Positions 1-12,668 are shown, counted from the whole stretch's first letter. The stretch: 63,968 nt of DNA, filler included, from Pirum gemmata (GCA_002812295.1; 25 parts of 25 records of this genome joined end to end with filler, not necessarily neighbours in it); one strand, 5' to 3'. The notes: generated by a model not told the origin, from the letters alone. Made by a program: numbers and translations.

Positions 1-232
1 TTATTTATTTAGTAACTACCTATTTAAGTAGTTGCTTTAAAAAGAGTTTATTATACTATTTATAGTAACTTTAGGAAATTTCTGGAAGTTCGCCGGTCCG
101 AGCATCCAATTGATAAGATGACGTCATCTCATCCCTCCTTCTAATAGACTAGCTAGTAAAAAAATTTTTAATTCTATCACAGCTACTATGATAGCTACTA
201 CAGTCTACAGCACTACTACTGCACTCAATACT

Positions 233-431
233 ATGAACTTTTCATTTATTTTGTCGCTTTGAATATTTATTTGGTTAGTCTATAATATTTAAATTGATAT
301 TTTTAAATTAATAATTATATTATAAAATTTACCAAATTAAATAAAATGGATTAATATTGTATTAATTTGGTACTCTTTATTGCATAAATTTATGATGACA
401 AAACAATGACAAAACAACTGAAAAGCAAGAT
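233..431 (+). mobile_element. MITE family A copy (~200 bp)
   Basis: CTTTTCATTTATTTTGTC ... GACAAAACAACTGAAAAGC imperfect TIRs with an internal TACCAAATTAA...TTAATTTGGTA inverted repeat; matches copies at 9380, 60161 and others. Confidence 0.8.
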
Positions 432-1901
432 GGTCTAGACCGCTCTTCAGAGAGGGTTCTGGACTCTGGAGTCCTTAGAATACTCGCTAGTTACTAGACA
501 TAACTTAGTACAACATAACTACAGAAATTACTATCAATACAGTATTAAGCTTTAATATTCTCCGGTCTAGTAGCTAGCTATCGCTATCATAACAGCTATC
601 TTCATTAATTTAACTCGTTAAAATAAAACAACAATATAAAGATATATTAATATGTAAAAAAGAAACAAAAAAAAAAATTAATAAAAATATGCTCAAGGTC
701 CAAACCACTAGTAATACCACCATGGAATCTACAAACGATCATGACAAATTTAAACAGTAGTATAAAAAACATAGAAGAAAATCTCAAAACAAAAGCCTTT
801 AATGAAATGATCATGACAAACAGTAGTATAAAAAATATAGAAGAAAATCGCAAAACAAAAACCTTCAATTAATGATAACAACCTATACAACCTTTTGAAT
901 ATAGAACAAAAGGAATGGGAAGAGATAATTATAATTAAAAATAGAAGAATCAATACAAAAAAGCTACAAAAATTCTAAAAAGTCACATATGGATTATGTA
1001 ACCCAAATTTAAAGAAAACCCACAAGACAGTAGACGTCGAAAACCCAACCTTTTTTCCATTTCAATACTGTTCCAAAGAATTTCCACCAGAAGCCAAATT
1101 AAAAATCTTTGAACATAAACAAACCTGTAAGACTAGACTAGAATAATTAATTAATATTTTAATACATCAAAAAATATGACATATAAATCCGAATATAGAC
1201 GACAAATCCAATACTATCCACAACAACGACTACAACGCTATAATACTGGGAACAAAGTTTAAAAACCAATATTTATTTTATTATTTTAATTAATAATATT
1301 AATATTTCTACAACAAAAGAACAATAAAATTGCTTATCATATGCATAGACTATATTATATTATTATGGTATCATTATGAAAAGTACAATGAGCTAAAACA
1401 AAGTGACAATCAAATCATTAACTTATACCAAAGTATTATGAAACAAATCAACATGTACAAATTACAACTTTAATTCAACTATATTATATTATACATATAT
1501 AATTATCTACATTGCAATAATTATATATATAAAATATATTATAATATATATAAAAAAGAAAAAACAATGTTGATGATATTTATTTTAGTAATGTTGAAAT
1601 ACCTATTGTTTTTACTTTATATGTTAACAAACACTTTTTATCATCGTATGAATTAATTTTTTAAAAAAGTAATATCATACTTTTCTTATTTTTTATATTT
1701 AACTGTAACTAGCTAGATCTACTAGTCTAGCTAGTAGTTATGATAGACAGCATTTTAAAAGTAGCTGTAGGTTGGCACTGGTATAACTACTGGTATACTC
1801 TGGTATCGATAATATCGAAACACTATTATGATACTAGCTAGCTAGCTATTAATACCTATAGTCTCTAATAAAATTTTAATAGTATCATATTGATACTAGT
1901 A

Positions 1902-2105
1902 TCCTGCTTTTCATTTATTTTGTCACTTAGATTGTTTATTTGGTACTATTAAGTTTATAAACGTGGTTATTTTAAATTGAAATATAAATTATTAAACACG
2001 ACAAGTGAATTAAATTGTATCAAATAAATTTGACATAGTATTAACTTAGTATTTATTACTGCGTATTCTATTATGATATTATGACAAAATAACTGAAAAG
2101 CACGA
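1902..2105 (+). mobile_element. MITE family A, divergent subfamily (same TIRs, different interior), TA-flanked
   Basis: TA|TCCTGCTTTTCATTTATTTTGTCA ... TGACAAAATAACTGAAAAGCACGA|TA. Confidence 0.8.
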
Positions 2106-2216
2106 TACTACTGTACTACTGGAAGAAACACGAGAAATTGAGAACTACAGAAAGACTCCAGTCTCCTCTCGCCAGTATCATACAAAATAAAATCTCTGGA
2201 GACCAGAACTAACTAA

Positions 2217-2316
2217 NNNNNNNNNNNNNNNNNNNNNNNNNNNNNNNNNNNNNNNNNNNNTTAATTAATTAANNNNNNNNNNNNNNNNNNNNNNNNNNNN
2301 NNNNNNNNNNNNNNNN
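2217..2316. other. Artificial contig-joining linker (N-run + TTAATTAATTAA + N-run); first of 24 such linkers
   Basis: The same ~100-nt spacer with a central six-frame stop palindrome recurs about every 2.2-3.9 kb (e.g. 4534, 6849, 9145, 12717 ... 61901). Confidence 0.98.
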
Positions 2317-2436
2317 ATAAGTAATGTAATAGGCATTTAATAGGTTTTAAATTTTCGAACATATTTAAAAAAAAAAGTGGGGCTTTTAATTAGTAAAAAA
2401 AGTAGGGCGTTTTTAGAGTTGTTTGCACTTTGCACC
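2317..2436 (+). mobile_element. MITE family F, right half
   Basis: Aligns to 40400-40516 and ends TTTGCACCA|TA. Confidence 0.65.
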
Positions 2437-2524
2437 ATAATGTTTTGGGAATTGTTTGGTAGTCCAATCAAAAAATGGTTTGGGTAACGGGGCTGTATAC
2501 GCTCGCACAATGTACAGAGACTTA

Positions 2525-2825
2525 GACTTTTCCGAATTCTGCCCCTAAAACTCGACTTTCTGCTTCTGTTTTTCCTCTCTAACTCGATAAAAAATTAATT
2601 TTTTGAAAAAAAAAAAAAAAAGGAGATTTGATTCTACCACTATAAAATATAAACTCGAAATCGAACCTATGTATTTATTAATAAAATCGAAAAAATAATT
2701 TCGAACAGACCAAACAGACCAGAAATTCTGCTCGGCAGAAATCGAGCTTTTCGAGGCAGAAGACAACACCATTTTGTCATTTCTCGAAAAAGGCCAAATT
2801 CTGCCCGGGCAGAATTCGGAGAAGT
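2525..2825. mobile_element. MITE family E (~300 bp, TCGA-rich), TA-flanked
   Basis: 19-bp TIR with one mismatch: ACTTTTCCGAATTCTGCCC / GGGCAGAATTCGGAGAAGT; TA on both sides; related degenerate sequence at ~4195-4400. Confidence 0.7.
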
Positions 2826-2892
2826 TACCATATTCTAATAAGGTTATTAAATTCATATCACTTATTCATATTAGTATGTTAGTATGGTGTTA

Positions 2893-3212
2893 CCTAAACC
2901 TAACAATCCCTAACCTTAACCTTAACCCGAACCCCAGACCCTAAACCTAAACCTAAACCTAACCACAATCCTAACAGTCACTAACTGTCTCACTTATCCT
3001 AACCCTAACAGTCCCTAACCCTAACTTTAACAGTCCCTAACCCTAATCGTAACCGTAACCCTAATCCTGACCCTAACAGAAACCCTATATATAGCTAACA
3101 GTAATTTAAAATTTATGTTTAACCTTAATCCTAATCCTAACCCTAATCCTAATCCCCTAATTCTAACCCTAACCCTAACCCAAACCGTAACCATGACCAT
3201 AACCCTAACTCA
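2893..3212. repeat. Degenerate interstitial (CCCTAA)n telomere-like array
   Basis: CCCTAA with CCTAAA, CCTAAT and CCGTAA variants. Confidence 0.85.
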
Positions 3213-3289
3213 AACCTCGACGAAAAATCCCTAAACAAAAATTTTAGCCTTAATTGAAAGTGTTCTTCATTCGAGCATATGTTCGAACC

Positions 3290-3920
3290 ATAATACAATA
3301 TATAACAATACGAACTATAATACAATACAATACAATATCATACAATATAATTAGTACAACACAACACAACACAACACAACACAATACAATACAATACAAC
3401 ACAATACAATACAATACAATACAATACAATACAATACAATACATGTGTACAATACAATACAATACAATATAATATAATATGATACAATACAATGCAATAT
3501 TAATACAATTAATATATTAAATAATATTAATACAATACAATATATACAATATAATATAATACAATGTTAATTAATACAATACAATACCATACCATACAAT
3601 ACCATACAATACAATACAATATCAATATATAATACAGTATAATACAATACAATACAGTAAGTAATATTAATACAATAAAATAAATACAATACAATACAAT
3701 ATGACCATATTAATACAATGTATATAATATTTACTAGTTTGTTATAAAATAATTGATTAAATATATCAATCATGTTTCGATGAACAACAAAGAATCCTCC
3801 TATAGTTAATGGGGGATTCTCATAATTAAACATATAAACACATACAATACAATACAATACAATACAATACAATACAATACAATACAATACAATACAATAC
3901 AATACAATACGATACGATAG
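3290..3920. repeat. (AATAC)n/(AACAC)n microsatellite
   Basis: Long pentamer arrays; source of the spurious YCIVL ORFs. Confidence 0.95.
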
Positions 3921-4501
3921 AATATAATATTAACATAATTTTATTATAGATGTACAATATTATAATATAAAACAATATAATAGTTTGATTTTTCGAACAT
4001 ATAATATTAATTATGTTCGAAATTTCCAAACATAATAATAATTATATTCGATTTTTAGAATATATACTATTAATTATGTTTGAATTTTTCGAGCCGCCAG
4101 AAACAAAATTTGACAGTTTTTTAAACGTTGGTAGTTTTTAGGTGTAATGCACCATAAACAGCTGTAAAAGTGTTGTAAACAACTTTTGAGGAATGCTTTT
4201 CCCAATTCTGCTCTGTTTAAAAATCGAGATTTCGAGTCTATATATTAATTAATAAGTTCGAAATGTTCAAGATTACAATTAAAAGTGTTCAAATATACTT
4301 ATTTATTAATAAACCCGAAAAATACGAAAAAAAATTATTTTTCGAACGACAGAGTTGAATTTTGGCTTTCGAGTTTTCGGGTTTGAGCAGTCCAAGTCTT
4401 CCAATTGCAATTGACAAAAATACTGGCTCCTACTAACTAGACGAATCAAACAGCAAAAAAAAATTTTTTTTTAAAAAAAATAATAAAAAAAACATAGATT
4501 A

Positions 4502-4533
<32 letters not shown>

Positions 4534-4698
4534 NNNNNNNNNNNNNNNNNNNNNNNNNNNNNNNNNNNNNNNNNNNNTTAATTAATTAANNNNNNNNNNN
4601 NNNNNNNNNNNNNNNNNNNNNNNNNNNNNNNNNAACCCTAACCCTAACCCTAACCCTAACCCCTAACCCTAACGACAATCACAACCAAAAACAAATAG

Positions 4699-6566
4699 GA
4701 TATGTACCCGCAGTTCAAATAAATAGCAATAATCAATGGTGGGTTGCATTTAATGTTAACGGGTTAGATAACGACAATACAACTAAACTCCTATTGGATG
4801 CGATTTCGGAAAGTAGCGAGTTCAGCAGGGTAAATAATGTGCGTTACCCACTAGACACTAATGAATGGTAATATCATACTAACAAATAAAATGTATGTGT
4901 GCTATCAATTCAGGCAACGTATATCGGAAAGAGATAAAATGAAATAATAATAATAGCTGGATTAGATTTATGATTCGAGTTAAGAGTTAGATTTAGAGTA
5001 AGGGTTCGGGTTAGGGTTAGGGTTCGGGTTAGGGTTAGGGTTAGGGTTAGGGTTAGGGTTAGGGTTAGGGTTAGGGTTAGGGTTAGGGTTAGGGTTTTAA
5101 ATAATAATCACTAAATCAAATTTTAAACAGATATACAAGTAATAACTAAGTAAATTACAGTACTAAATAAATATGAAAACGCTTAATAATATTAGGGAAA
5201 CATTAGCGTTTATGAGCCACAATTCTGCTACTGGGAGTGCAGCGATTGCTGTTTTTAATTTTGCTACTTACGAAGTCACTTCAACAATATCAATGTCAGC
5301 ATTTGGTACCGCTTTCAAAATTAGTAGTATCCCAAACTCGCTTACAGATTTGATTACAGGTAAATAGCTATAGCTCTGCTTAAGAAAAATAATTAACATT
5401 GGTAATAATAGTAATAGCATTACACAACAATTTTTTATAACAATAAGAATAATATAAAAACAACAATCTATACCTCACTTAACATTGATTCCACTACTAA
5501 CAATAATAATACATAGCAGTATGAATATAAAGAAAAAATAAAAAACATAGCAAAAAACAATACAAAGTTTTTCAAACTGTTTTTCAGTTGTATTAATTAA
5601 GATTTTTTTTTGAAAAACTGTTTTTTTTAAAAAAAAAACAAACATACACCTAACAGTACCTAACGCTGGCCCTAACTCCTAACCGAACCCTAACTCCTAA
5701 CCGAACTCTAACTCCAAACCGAACCCTAACAACTAACAAACAACATAGCGAATAACATTCGATTAATATTCAGAGTCGAATATGTTTTTGAGATCGATCT
5801 TGAAATTAATTTTTATAACGCAGTATCTTCGGTCATAAATCACTATATTTGTTTTTTAATAATAAATAAATTCTTATTTGTAAATACACATATAATGATA
5901 GGAACAAAAATTACCGTTAATAAGAGTAGCAATACCATCACAATAAATCTACCTGCCAGAGGTTACGCATTATTTCCTGGTTTCACTTTACAAAAATGGG
6001 ACTTAGCTTTAACAATACCTGGTGAAGTGCATCATGATTGTCGAGGTATATATCTTTAAATATAATATGTTTATAAAGGTCCGAAAGACCCACCCACATT
6101 TGGTTCTATATAATATATAATATATACATGCCTGTAAGATTCAATTTTACAGTTTCCATGACCCAAGGTACCCAATAATACTTTTGGGGCCCATATAGTA
6201 TATATTTATGTAATATATATATTTAAAAGGGATACCGCTGGGATTAATAATTATATTAAATTGTAGCGTGATTATGGATTATGTATGATTAACTATATTT
6301 TCCTCTCTCAACTCCCCTTCTTACCACCAATACCACCCCCTTTTTGGTTTTAATTTTAAATACTAGGATCATCCAATGAAATTCAAAGTTTTGGTGAAGT
6401 TCATTTTGCAAATTGTTTTCATAATTGTTATTCTGATGATAATTGTGACGCATTTACAGTAGAATGGTTAAGTGACAAACAAATTTCATGTACCACGCTG
6501 AGCGAAACAAACTATAGTTCGGAGTGTAAAGTTGTTTCAAGTTACTCCACTTATAAAGCTGTATGA
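4699..6566 (+). CDS. 5'-partial spliced gene: alpha-amylase (GH13)-like C-terminal beta domain followed by a PAN/apple domain. Exons 4699-4867, 5196-5359, 5902-6045, 6367-6566
   Basis: Four GT-AG-bounded, phase-compatible exons give ...YPLDTNEWETLAFMSHNSATGSAAIAVFNF...LTDLITGTKITVNKSSNTITINLPARGYALF...HDCRGSSNEIQSFGEVHFANCFHNCYSDDNCDAFTVEW...ISCTTL...KAV*. The LAF/VFNF/DLITG/LPARGY pattern fits the GH13 C-domain; C-x3-C-x5-C-x-AF fits PAN. Confidence 0.7.
4980..5095. repeat. (TTAGGG)n array within an intron
   Basis: Near-perfect TTAGGG array with TTCGGG variants, between exons ending 4867 and starting 5196. Confidence 0.9.
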
Positions 6567-7134
6567 TTAAAGATTATGATAAGGTTATTTTATGGTAGGA
6601 TATAGTTAACTAATAGAATAGGGTAATTAATTAATAAGAGAGAGTTACTTAAATTTAATATATTTTTTTAATAAATGTCAATTTGAAGTAGATTTATTGT
6701 TTTTACTAATCTTCTTTTAACGAACGTACTATTTTTCAAAAGCTGTTACCCCCCCTCCCCACTCACCTACCTCTATGCCTAAAGAGCAACACAAGAAAAG
6801 ATGGAAGAGATTTGGGGATAATATAATAATAATAATAATAATAATAATNNNNNNNNNNNNNNNNNNNNNNNNNNNNNNNNNNNNNNNNNNNNTTAATTAA
6901 TTAANNNNNNNNNNNNNNNNNNNNNNNNNNNNNNNNNNNNNNNNNNNNTAAATTAAATAAATTAAATAAATTAAATAAACTAAATAAACTAAATAAATTA
7001 AATAAATTAAATAAATTAAATAAATTAAATAAATTAAATAAATTAAATAAATATGTAAGTTTTAACTTGAAGACCAATTGTTAAAAGTTTGTAGCTTTTA
7101 TTATTATTGTTAACACTGTTTCCATTTTATATAG

Positions 7135-7709
7135 CCCTGCATCACCAGCCAAACGTGTCAGAGAAGCTCATAGACGAATTATGTTGGTACGTGTACTGTT
7201 TATCATCCGAGCCACAGTGTGTTGATATGTGTTGAGAATTGGATTAGGGGTTAGGGGTCTGATTATGTGTTGTGTTGTGCTGGTGTGTTGTTGTGTTGTT
7301 GGATGTTGGATGTTGGGTTGGGTTGGGTTGTTGATGTTTGGAGTTTGATGTTGGGTTGTTGGGTAGGGGAGGGGGTGATCGGTGGTATGGTTCTTGTTTT
7401 TTTTTTTTTGGTGTTTTTGTGTTGGGTTGTTGGGTGTTGATGTTGAGTTGCTAGTTGGTTGACTTGTTAGTATTCAAATATTTCCTTGTACATTTTTCTG
7501 TCTTTGTATTTTTTTGCGCTTTTGTTTTGTTTTGGTTACCTTTTTCTTAATCTAGTCAAAAAGGTGGTTTTTATGATAAATGAAATATATTGCTCACTAA
7601 TTTTATTTTTTACTAGGCCAATCACCCCGATAAAGGTGGTTCTCCTTTTATTGCCTCGAAAATAAATGAAGCGAAAGATATACTGGAGGGGAAAAAGAAA
7701 GTTGTTTAA
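7135..7709 (+). CDS. PAM18: Mitochondrial import motor J-protein Pam18/Tim14 (DNAJC19-like), last two exons 7135-7186 and 7617-7709
   Basis: Spliced translation [47 protein letters not shown] is the characteristic Pam18 J-domain; canonical splice sites. Confidence 0.93.
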
Positions 7710-9108
7710 CAATCTGAATAATTAGTTCTTTTGTTCTTCCCGCCTTGCATATTTATGCAAGTTCTTGCATTTACGCTCCTCTACAAAACTTGCCTAAAAA
7801 GAAAGAAAAGAGAAATGAGGACCCCGCTAAAGAAAATGAAAAGTATTTTATCATTCATTCGTTTTGTTCACTCTGGTACTAGCCTAGAAAAAAACCAAGT
7901 ATTTTAAAATTTTATAAAATTAAGTTTTTTATCAACAACCGTAACCTTTATGCTGCAGAAATATACCAACCACAAATGGAATTATTTATGAAAATGTCAT
8001 ATTTCATAGTGTGTTATTATTCAACCTCCTCATCACCATTAGTTGGTAAGCTGAATGCTCGCCTCTAAAAACAGTGTCACTGTAACTAAATAAATCATAG
8101 TCTTTTTTTTTTATGGTTTAGCTTTGTTTTGCTTTATTTGTTTGTTTGTTTGTTTCCTCGTGTGTTACCAGCAATATAAACAATAAATTAATATAATAAA
8201 TATATATAATACGATAATAACAAATCCACAGAACATACGGAGGTACGAAGTATACTTCTGTGTCTAAACTTAACGTACCTGTACATCTTCCTGTTTCCGT
8301 TCTTATGGGCGCAATAATAACCATATACTTCTCCTTAAGTAGATTGAAATTGGTGAGTTTCAATACTCACGCACAGCAAAAATGAAAAACAAGAAAAATC
8401 CATATAGTCTAAATACTGTCTAACTAACTAATATAGACTAAAACACTAGACTAACTACCAAAAACTACTAATATCTAATAGAGTAGACTTTTAAATGGCA
8501 AAATCGGTGTTTTATCTAGAGTCAAGCTCACAAAAGGTCCTATAGGAAATTAGGAATGTTAAGGGACCACCATCCTAAACCAACTTGAAAAAAAAGGGAA
8601 AAAAGGAAAAAAAGGGAACGTATTATTGGTAGAAGGGAACACTATTTGTATTCTATATTTTAATGTTATTATATGAGAGGTTTATGTTTTATTTAAAGTC
8701 TAACATATGCTAACATTTGTGGATAGTTTAATTGGGTTAATATACATTTCTCTGAAGTTTACACTCTTATTTAAAAATATATTAAAAACTGTTGGTAGAT
8801 AGAAACTTTTAAAAAAACATCTAAATATTATTGGTATATAGAAATCTTTAATAAATATATTGGGATTGGACCAGTAAATGTTTTTTTTTTTAAAAAAAAA
8901 AAAAAAAAACTCCTTACAATTGGACTGCTTGAGAGCTTCCTTCTTAAAAAAAAAAAAGAAGAAATTTGTTGATAGAAACTATAGAAACACTTAATCGACC
9001 TTTCTATTTTTTAAAAAGGAAGAGAAATTTGTTGGTAGATATAAAAACAATAAATATGAATGTTAAAATTTGTTGGTAGATAGAAAATTTAAAAAACAAA
9101 ATAGCAAA

Positions 9109-9139
<31 letters not shown>

Positions 9140-9379
9140 ATTTTNNNNNNNNNNNNNNNNNNNNNNNNNNNNNNNNNNNNNNNNNNNNTTAATTAATTAA
9201 NNNNNNNNNNNNNNNNNNNNNNNNNNNNNNNNNNNNNNNNNNNNCATATTAGGTGTTACTATTAATAGGTATAAGTTAACTTTTTATAGTAATTTAAGTC
9301 AAATTTTCAATTTTTGCCGTACCCTAGGTTTCCTAGGTTGGTATTAGTATTATGACATCATGTGATCCCTCCTCTAGTA

Positions 9380-9562
9380 TTGTGCTTTTCATTTATTTTG
9401 TCTTTCTTAAATATTTATTTTTTTGGCTACTTATAATATTTAAATTGTTATTTTTAAATTAATAATTATATTATAAAATATACCAAATTAAATAAAATGG
9501 ATTTATATTTTATTAATTTGGTAATTTTTATTTCATATTTTATGATGACAAAACAACTGAAA
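9380..9562 (+). mobile_element. MITE family A copy
   Basis: TA|TTGTGCTTTTCATTTATTTTGTC ... GACAAAACAACTGAAA; high identity to 233-431. Confidence 0.8.
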
Positions 9563-9625
9563 TTTGGCTGTGAAATTTGGACTCATTATATTAAATAATA
9601 ATAAGGCTCGGCGAGGGCAAAGTGA

Positions 9626-9826
9626 TATGGTCTTTTTCATTTCAGTTATCCTCTCAATCTTTAATTTGGTATTGTTTAAGTATATAATTGAACTTTTTTA
9701 TAAAATACAACATTTAATAAAACATACCAAATTAATTTAAAAATGTCTAATAGTTCAAACATAATAATAATTTGGTATGTTTAATTCAGTTTTTGAACTG
9801 GACAACAGTGTTGAAAAACCATGATA
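9626..9826 (+). mobile_element. MITE family B copy (~200 bp)
   Basis: Aligns to 54271-54470; ends GGACAACAGTGTTGAAAAACCATGA|TA. Confidence 0.75.
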
Positions 9827-10779
9827 CAAATACATATTTGGAAATTATTACTAAATTTAAATTTACTCGCGTAGATAAAAGTCAATTATGACTGTTACTC
9901 CGAATATTTATTTGGTTGGTTATAATATTTAAACTGACACTTTTAAATAAATAAATGATATATTTTAAAATGATAATATTAATATATATTTTAATTATTA
10001 TTATAATAATAATATATAATTATTATTAATATATAACCCTAAACCTAAATTTAAACCTAACCCTATTATAATACTACCAAAGGACCCATAACCCTAACCC
10101 AAATTTAAAAACAGTTCCCAAACCCCAATCTTAACCCTAACTCTAACCCTAATAAACTACTCTCTAGCTACTAGAGTCGGTGTCAGCAAAGCGATACAAA
10201 TAATTGTTAATGCCAAATTAAAACTTTGACGTAATTCTTCTAGAAGAGGACGGACTAATATAATAATTATAATGACGTAGACTTTTTAAGGTTAAAAAAT
10301 AATTGGGGTTAGCGTTAGTATTGATACTGGGTTAGTAGTGTTATAAATAACAGTATACATAATATCATAACTAGCTAGGGTTAGTGTTACGGTTAGGTTA
10401 GTTAGGATTAAGGTTGGGGTTTGGGTTAAGGTTAGGGTTAGGTGTCTAGTGTTAGGTTATTATTATTATTATTATATATATATTATTATAATTATTATGA
10501 TGTATTAATAATTATTTATTTTTATTTATTTTTTTTTTAAAAAAATTTAATAATAATTTTAATTAGCTTTCATGTATCATAATAAAATAGTATAATAGGC
10601 GGACAGAGGCTCGGACACAGCCTGGGACTTTTTTACTATATAAAAATTATATAGTAAATTTTGAGATTTTTGGATTTCAGCTCATATGGCAGATGTCGCA
10701 ATTTTTATCCGGCTTGTCAGCGGCTTGGTAGTTAAAAAAAATAAATAAAATTTTGTATGTATATAGTAACACATAAGTA

Positions 10780-10955
10780 TGGTACAAACAAGTTAAAAAC
10801 GCCCAACTTTTGGTTTTCAGTAGAAAATTTAGTTTTCGAACATAAGAAATTTAATATGTATTTAATAGATTTGAAATTTTCCAACAATAAAAAAAAAAGA
10901 TTTGACTTTAAAATTTGGTTAAAAAAAAGTTGGACGTTTTTAATTTTTTTTTAAA
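10780..10955 (+). mobile_element. MITE family F copy
   Basis: TA|TGGTACAAACAAGTTAAAAACGCCC start; aligns to 40339-40516. Confidence 0.65.
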
Positions 10956-11302
10956 ATACCTTTTTTTTTTTTTTTTTTTTTTTTAATAAAAAGATTGATT
11001 TGATTGGCTGTTTTGCTAGGAGGATTTTCTAAAATTAATGGGGGTCTCACCAAATAAAAATTTTATTTCTATTTTTGGAAAATAAAAAAAATAAATCGAG
11101 CTGATGCTGCGCGACCCGAGCCAGAAACTTGTAGAATGTAGAACTGACAGCGCTATAATAACCTTTTTTTAAAAAAAAATTTTAATTTTAAAAAACTTGT
11201 TATTATATGATAATTATTATATAATAAATTATAATTGTAATAATCAATTTTAATATAATATATATGCAAATATATTATATATCAAGAACCTTAAGTTCAC
11301 TA

Positions 11303-11515
11303 TCCTAATCCTAACCCTAATCCTAATTCTAACCCTAACCCTAACCCTAACCTAATCCTAACCCTAATCCTAACCCTAACCCTAACCCTAACCCTAACCC
11401 TAATATTCCTAACCCTAACCCTAATATTCCTAACCCTAACCCTAACCCTAACCCTAATCCTAACCCTAACCCTAACCCTAACCCTAACCCTAATCCTAAC
11501 CCTAACCCTAACCCT
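11303..11515. repeat. (CCCTAA)n array abutting a single-n scaffold join
   Basis: About 35 hexamer units with CCTAAT variants. Confidence 0.9.
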
Positions 11516-11654
11516 NTAATATAAAAATTATAATAATTATATATTTTTAAATCGTACTGCAAACAAAAAAACTAATAATAATAATAATAATAATATTAAT
11601 AATAATAAAATAATAAATAAACTATAATTCTGTAGTAACACCTCTAGTAAATAG

Positions 11655-12668
11655 CGGAATATAATATAACATTGATCACAAAAATATCTATTGTAACCAC
11701 AATATTAATACTTGCTTTAATAACAACAATAGCAATAACATACTCATTTTTACGCAAGGAAATGAAAAAAAACATATTTTCGATATTACTCTGTGTTATC
11801 TTCGAATTTTCTCACACATTCGGAAAAGGTAAATTAATCAAAAATCCCAACTTACTCGACATAATAGCCTTAACCAAACCAACTAATGCGGATGAAGTTA
11901 ATAATGATACTTTCTTAATAACATAACAAATTTTATATTATTATTATTATTATTATTTATATTAATGGCTCTATTTACTCTTTCTCTTAATCTATTTATT
12001 TAAACTTAAATTAAGTCTAACATTGACATAAGTTTCCATTCCATTATTATTATTATTATATGAATTTACCACAATTAATTATTCTGAACATTTTTTTGAC
12101 CTACAGATATCTTTATTGAAGAAGCTGTATATTCAACCAGTTATGATTTTTTATTGCACAATATCAATCAACATCATATGTTCATAGCCAACAATATAAC
12201 AAACAATGAACAAACGGATACCTTAGTAACCCACCACTCTTATCCTAGTGTAAGTGTCTCAACCTTTTAAACTCTATAACATTCAAATTACAATCATATT
12301 CAAATTACATGTCTTAAAAATCATTCCATTGAGCGTTTAATTAAGTATGATTTACAATAAGAATTCGATTAGGTATCATGTTTCATATCATCTTTAATAT
12401 TATAGTTACCCCCAAGTTCCATGTTCCTACAAAATGAAAGAATGCGTAACAACAAAAATAGCAATAAAAATATTATAATATTATAATTTTATAATTAATA
12501 ATAATTAATATTAAAACAATCTCCAAATACAGAATATTTACGGATTGAATGGATTCAAGAACTATCTTGTGTCATGCACAAACTATCAAATGGGTAAGTT
12601 GATATATAATGTTTTTAATAATTAATTATCATGTTTAAATAGTCACTTTTTCATCGACAAAAGCTGGG
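11655..12668 (+). CDS. Internal part of an intron-rich membrane-protein gene of unknown function. Exons 11655-11828, 12107-12249, 12406-12445, 12533-12593, 12643-12668
   Basis: Five GT-AG exons chain without stops in consistent phase: EYNITLITKISIVTTILILALITTIAITYSFLRK...FGK|DIFIEEAVYSTSYDFLLH...SYPS|LPPSSMFLQNERM|QYLRIEWIQELSCVMHKLSNG|HFFIDKSW. Confidence 0.55.

Noticed and set aside
640..1135. Possible coding relic (~70-bp duplication; FQYCSKEF..EHKQTC zinc-finger-like peptide)
   Set aside because: Multiple stops and frameshifts, no recognisable family; too weak to call.
2261..2272. Regularly recurring TTAATTAATTAA palindrome resembling a repeat array
   Set aside because: Always centred in N-runs; a synthetic six-frame-stop linker between contigs.
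3250..4029. ORFs with YCIVL repeats
   Set aside because: Translations of the (AATAC)n microsatellite.
4634..5095. CCCTAA...TTAGGG bracketing ~300 bp, like a ciliate nanochromosome
   Set aside because: The sequence continues past the TTAGGG tract, and the enclosed exon splices in frame to downstream exons, so the arrays are intronic.
8118..8363. 81-aa minus-strand ORF
   Set aside because: No ATG, no recognisable motif and no convincing exon chain.
8620..9095. Dispersed TTGTTGGTAGATAGAAA motif, about six copies
   Set aside because: Degenerate and irregularly spaced; not CRISPR-like and no function supportable.
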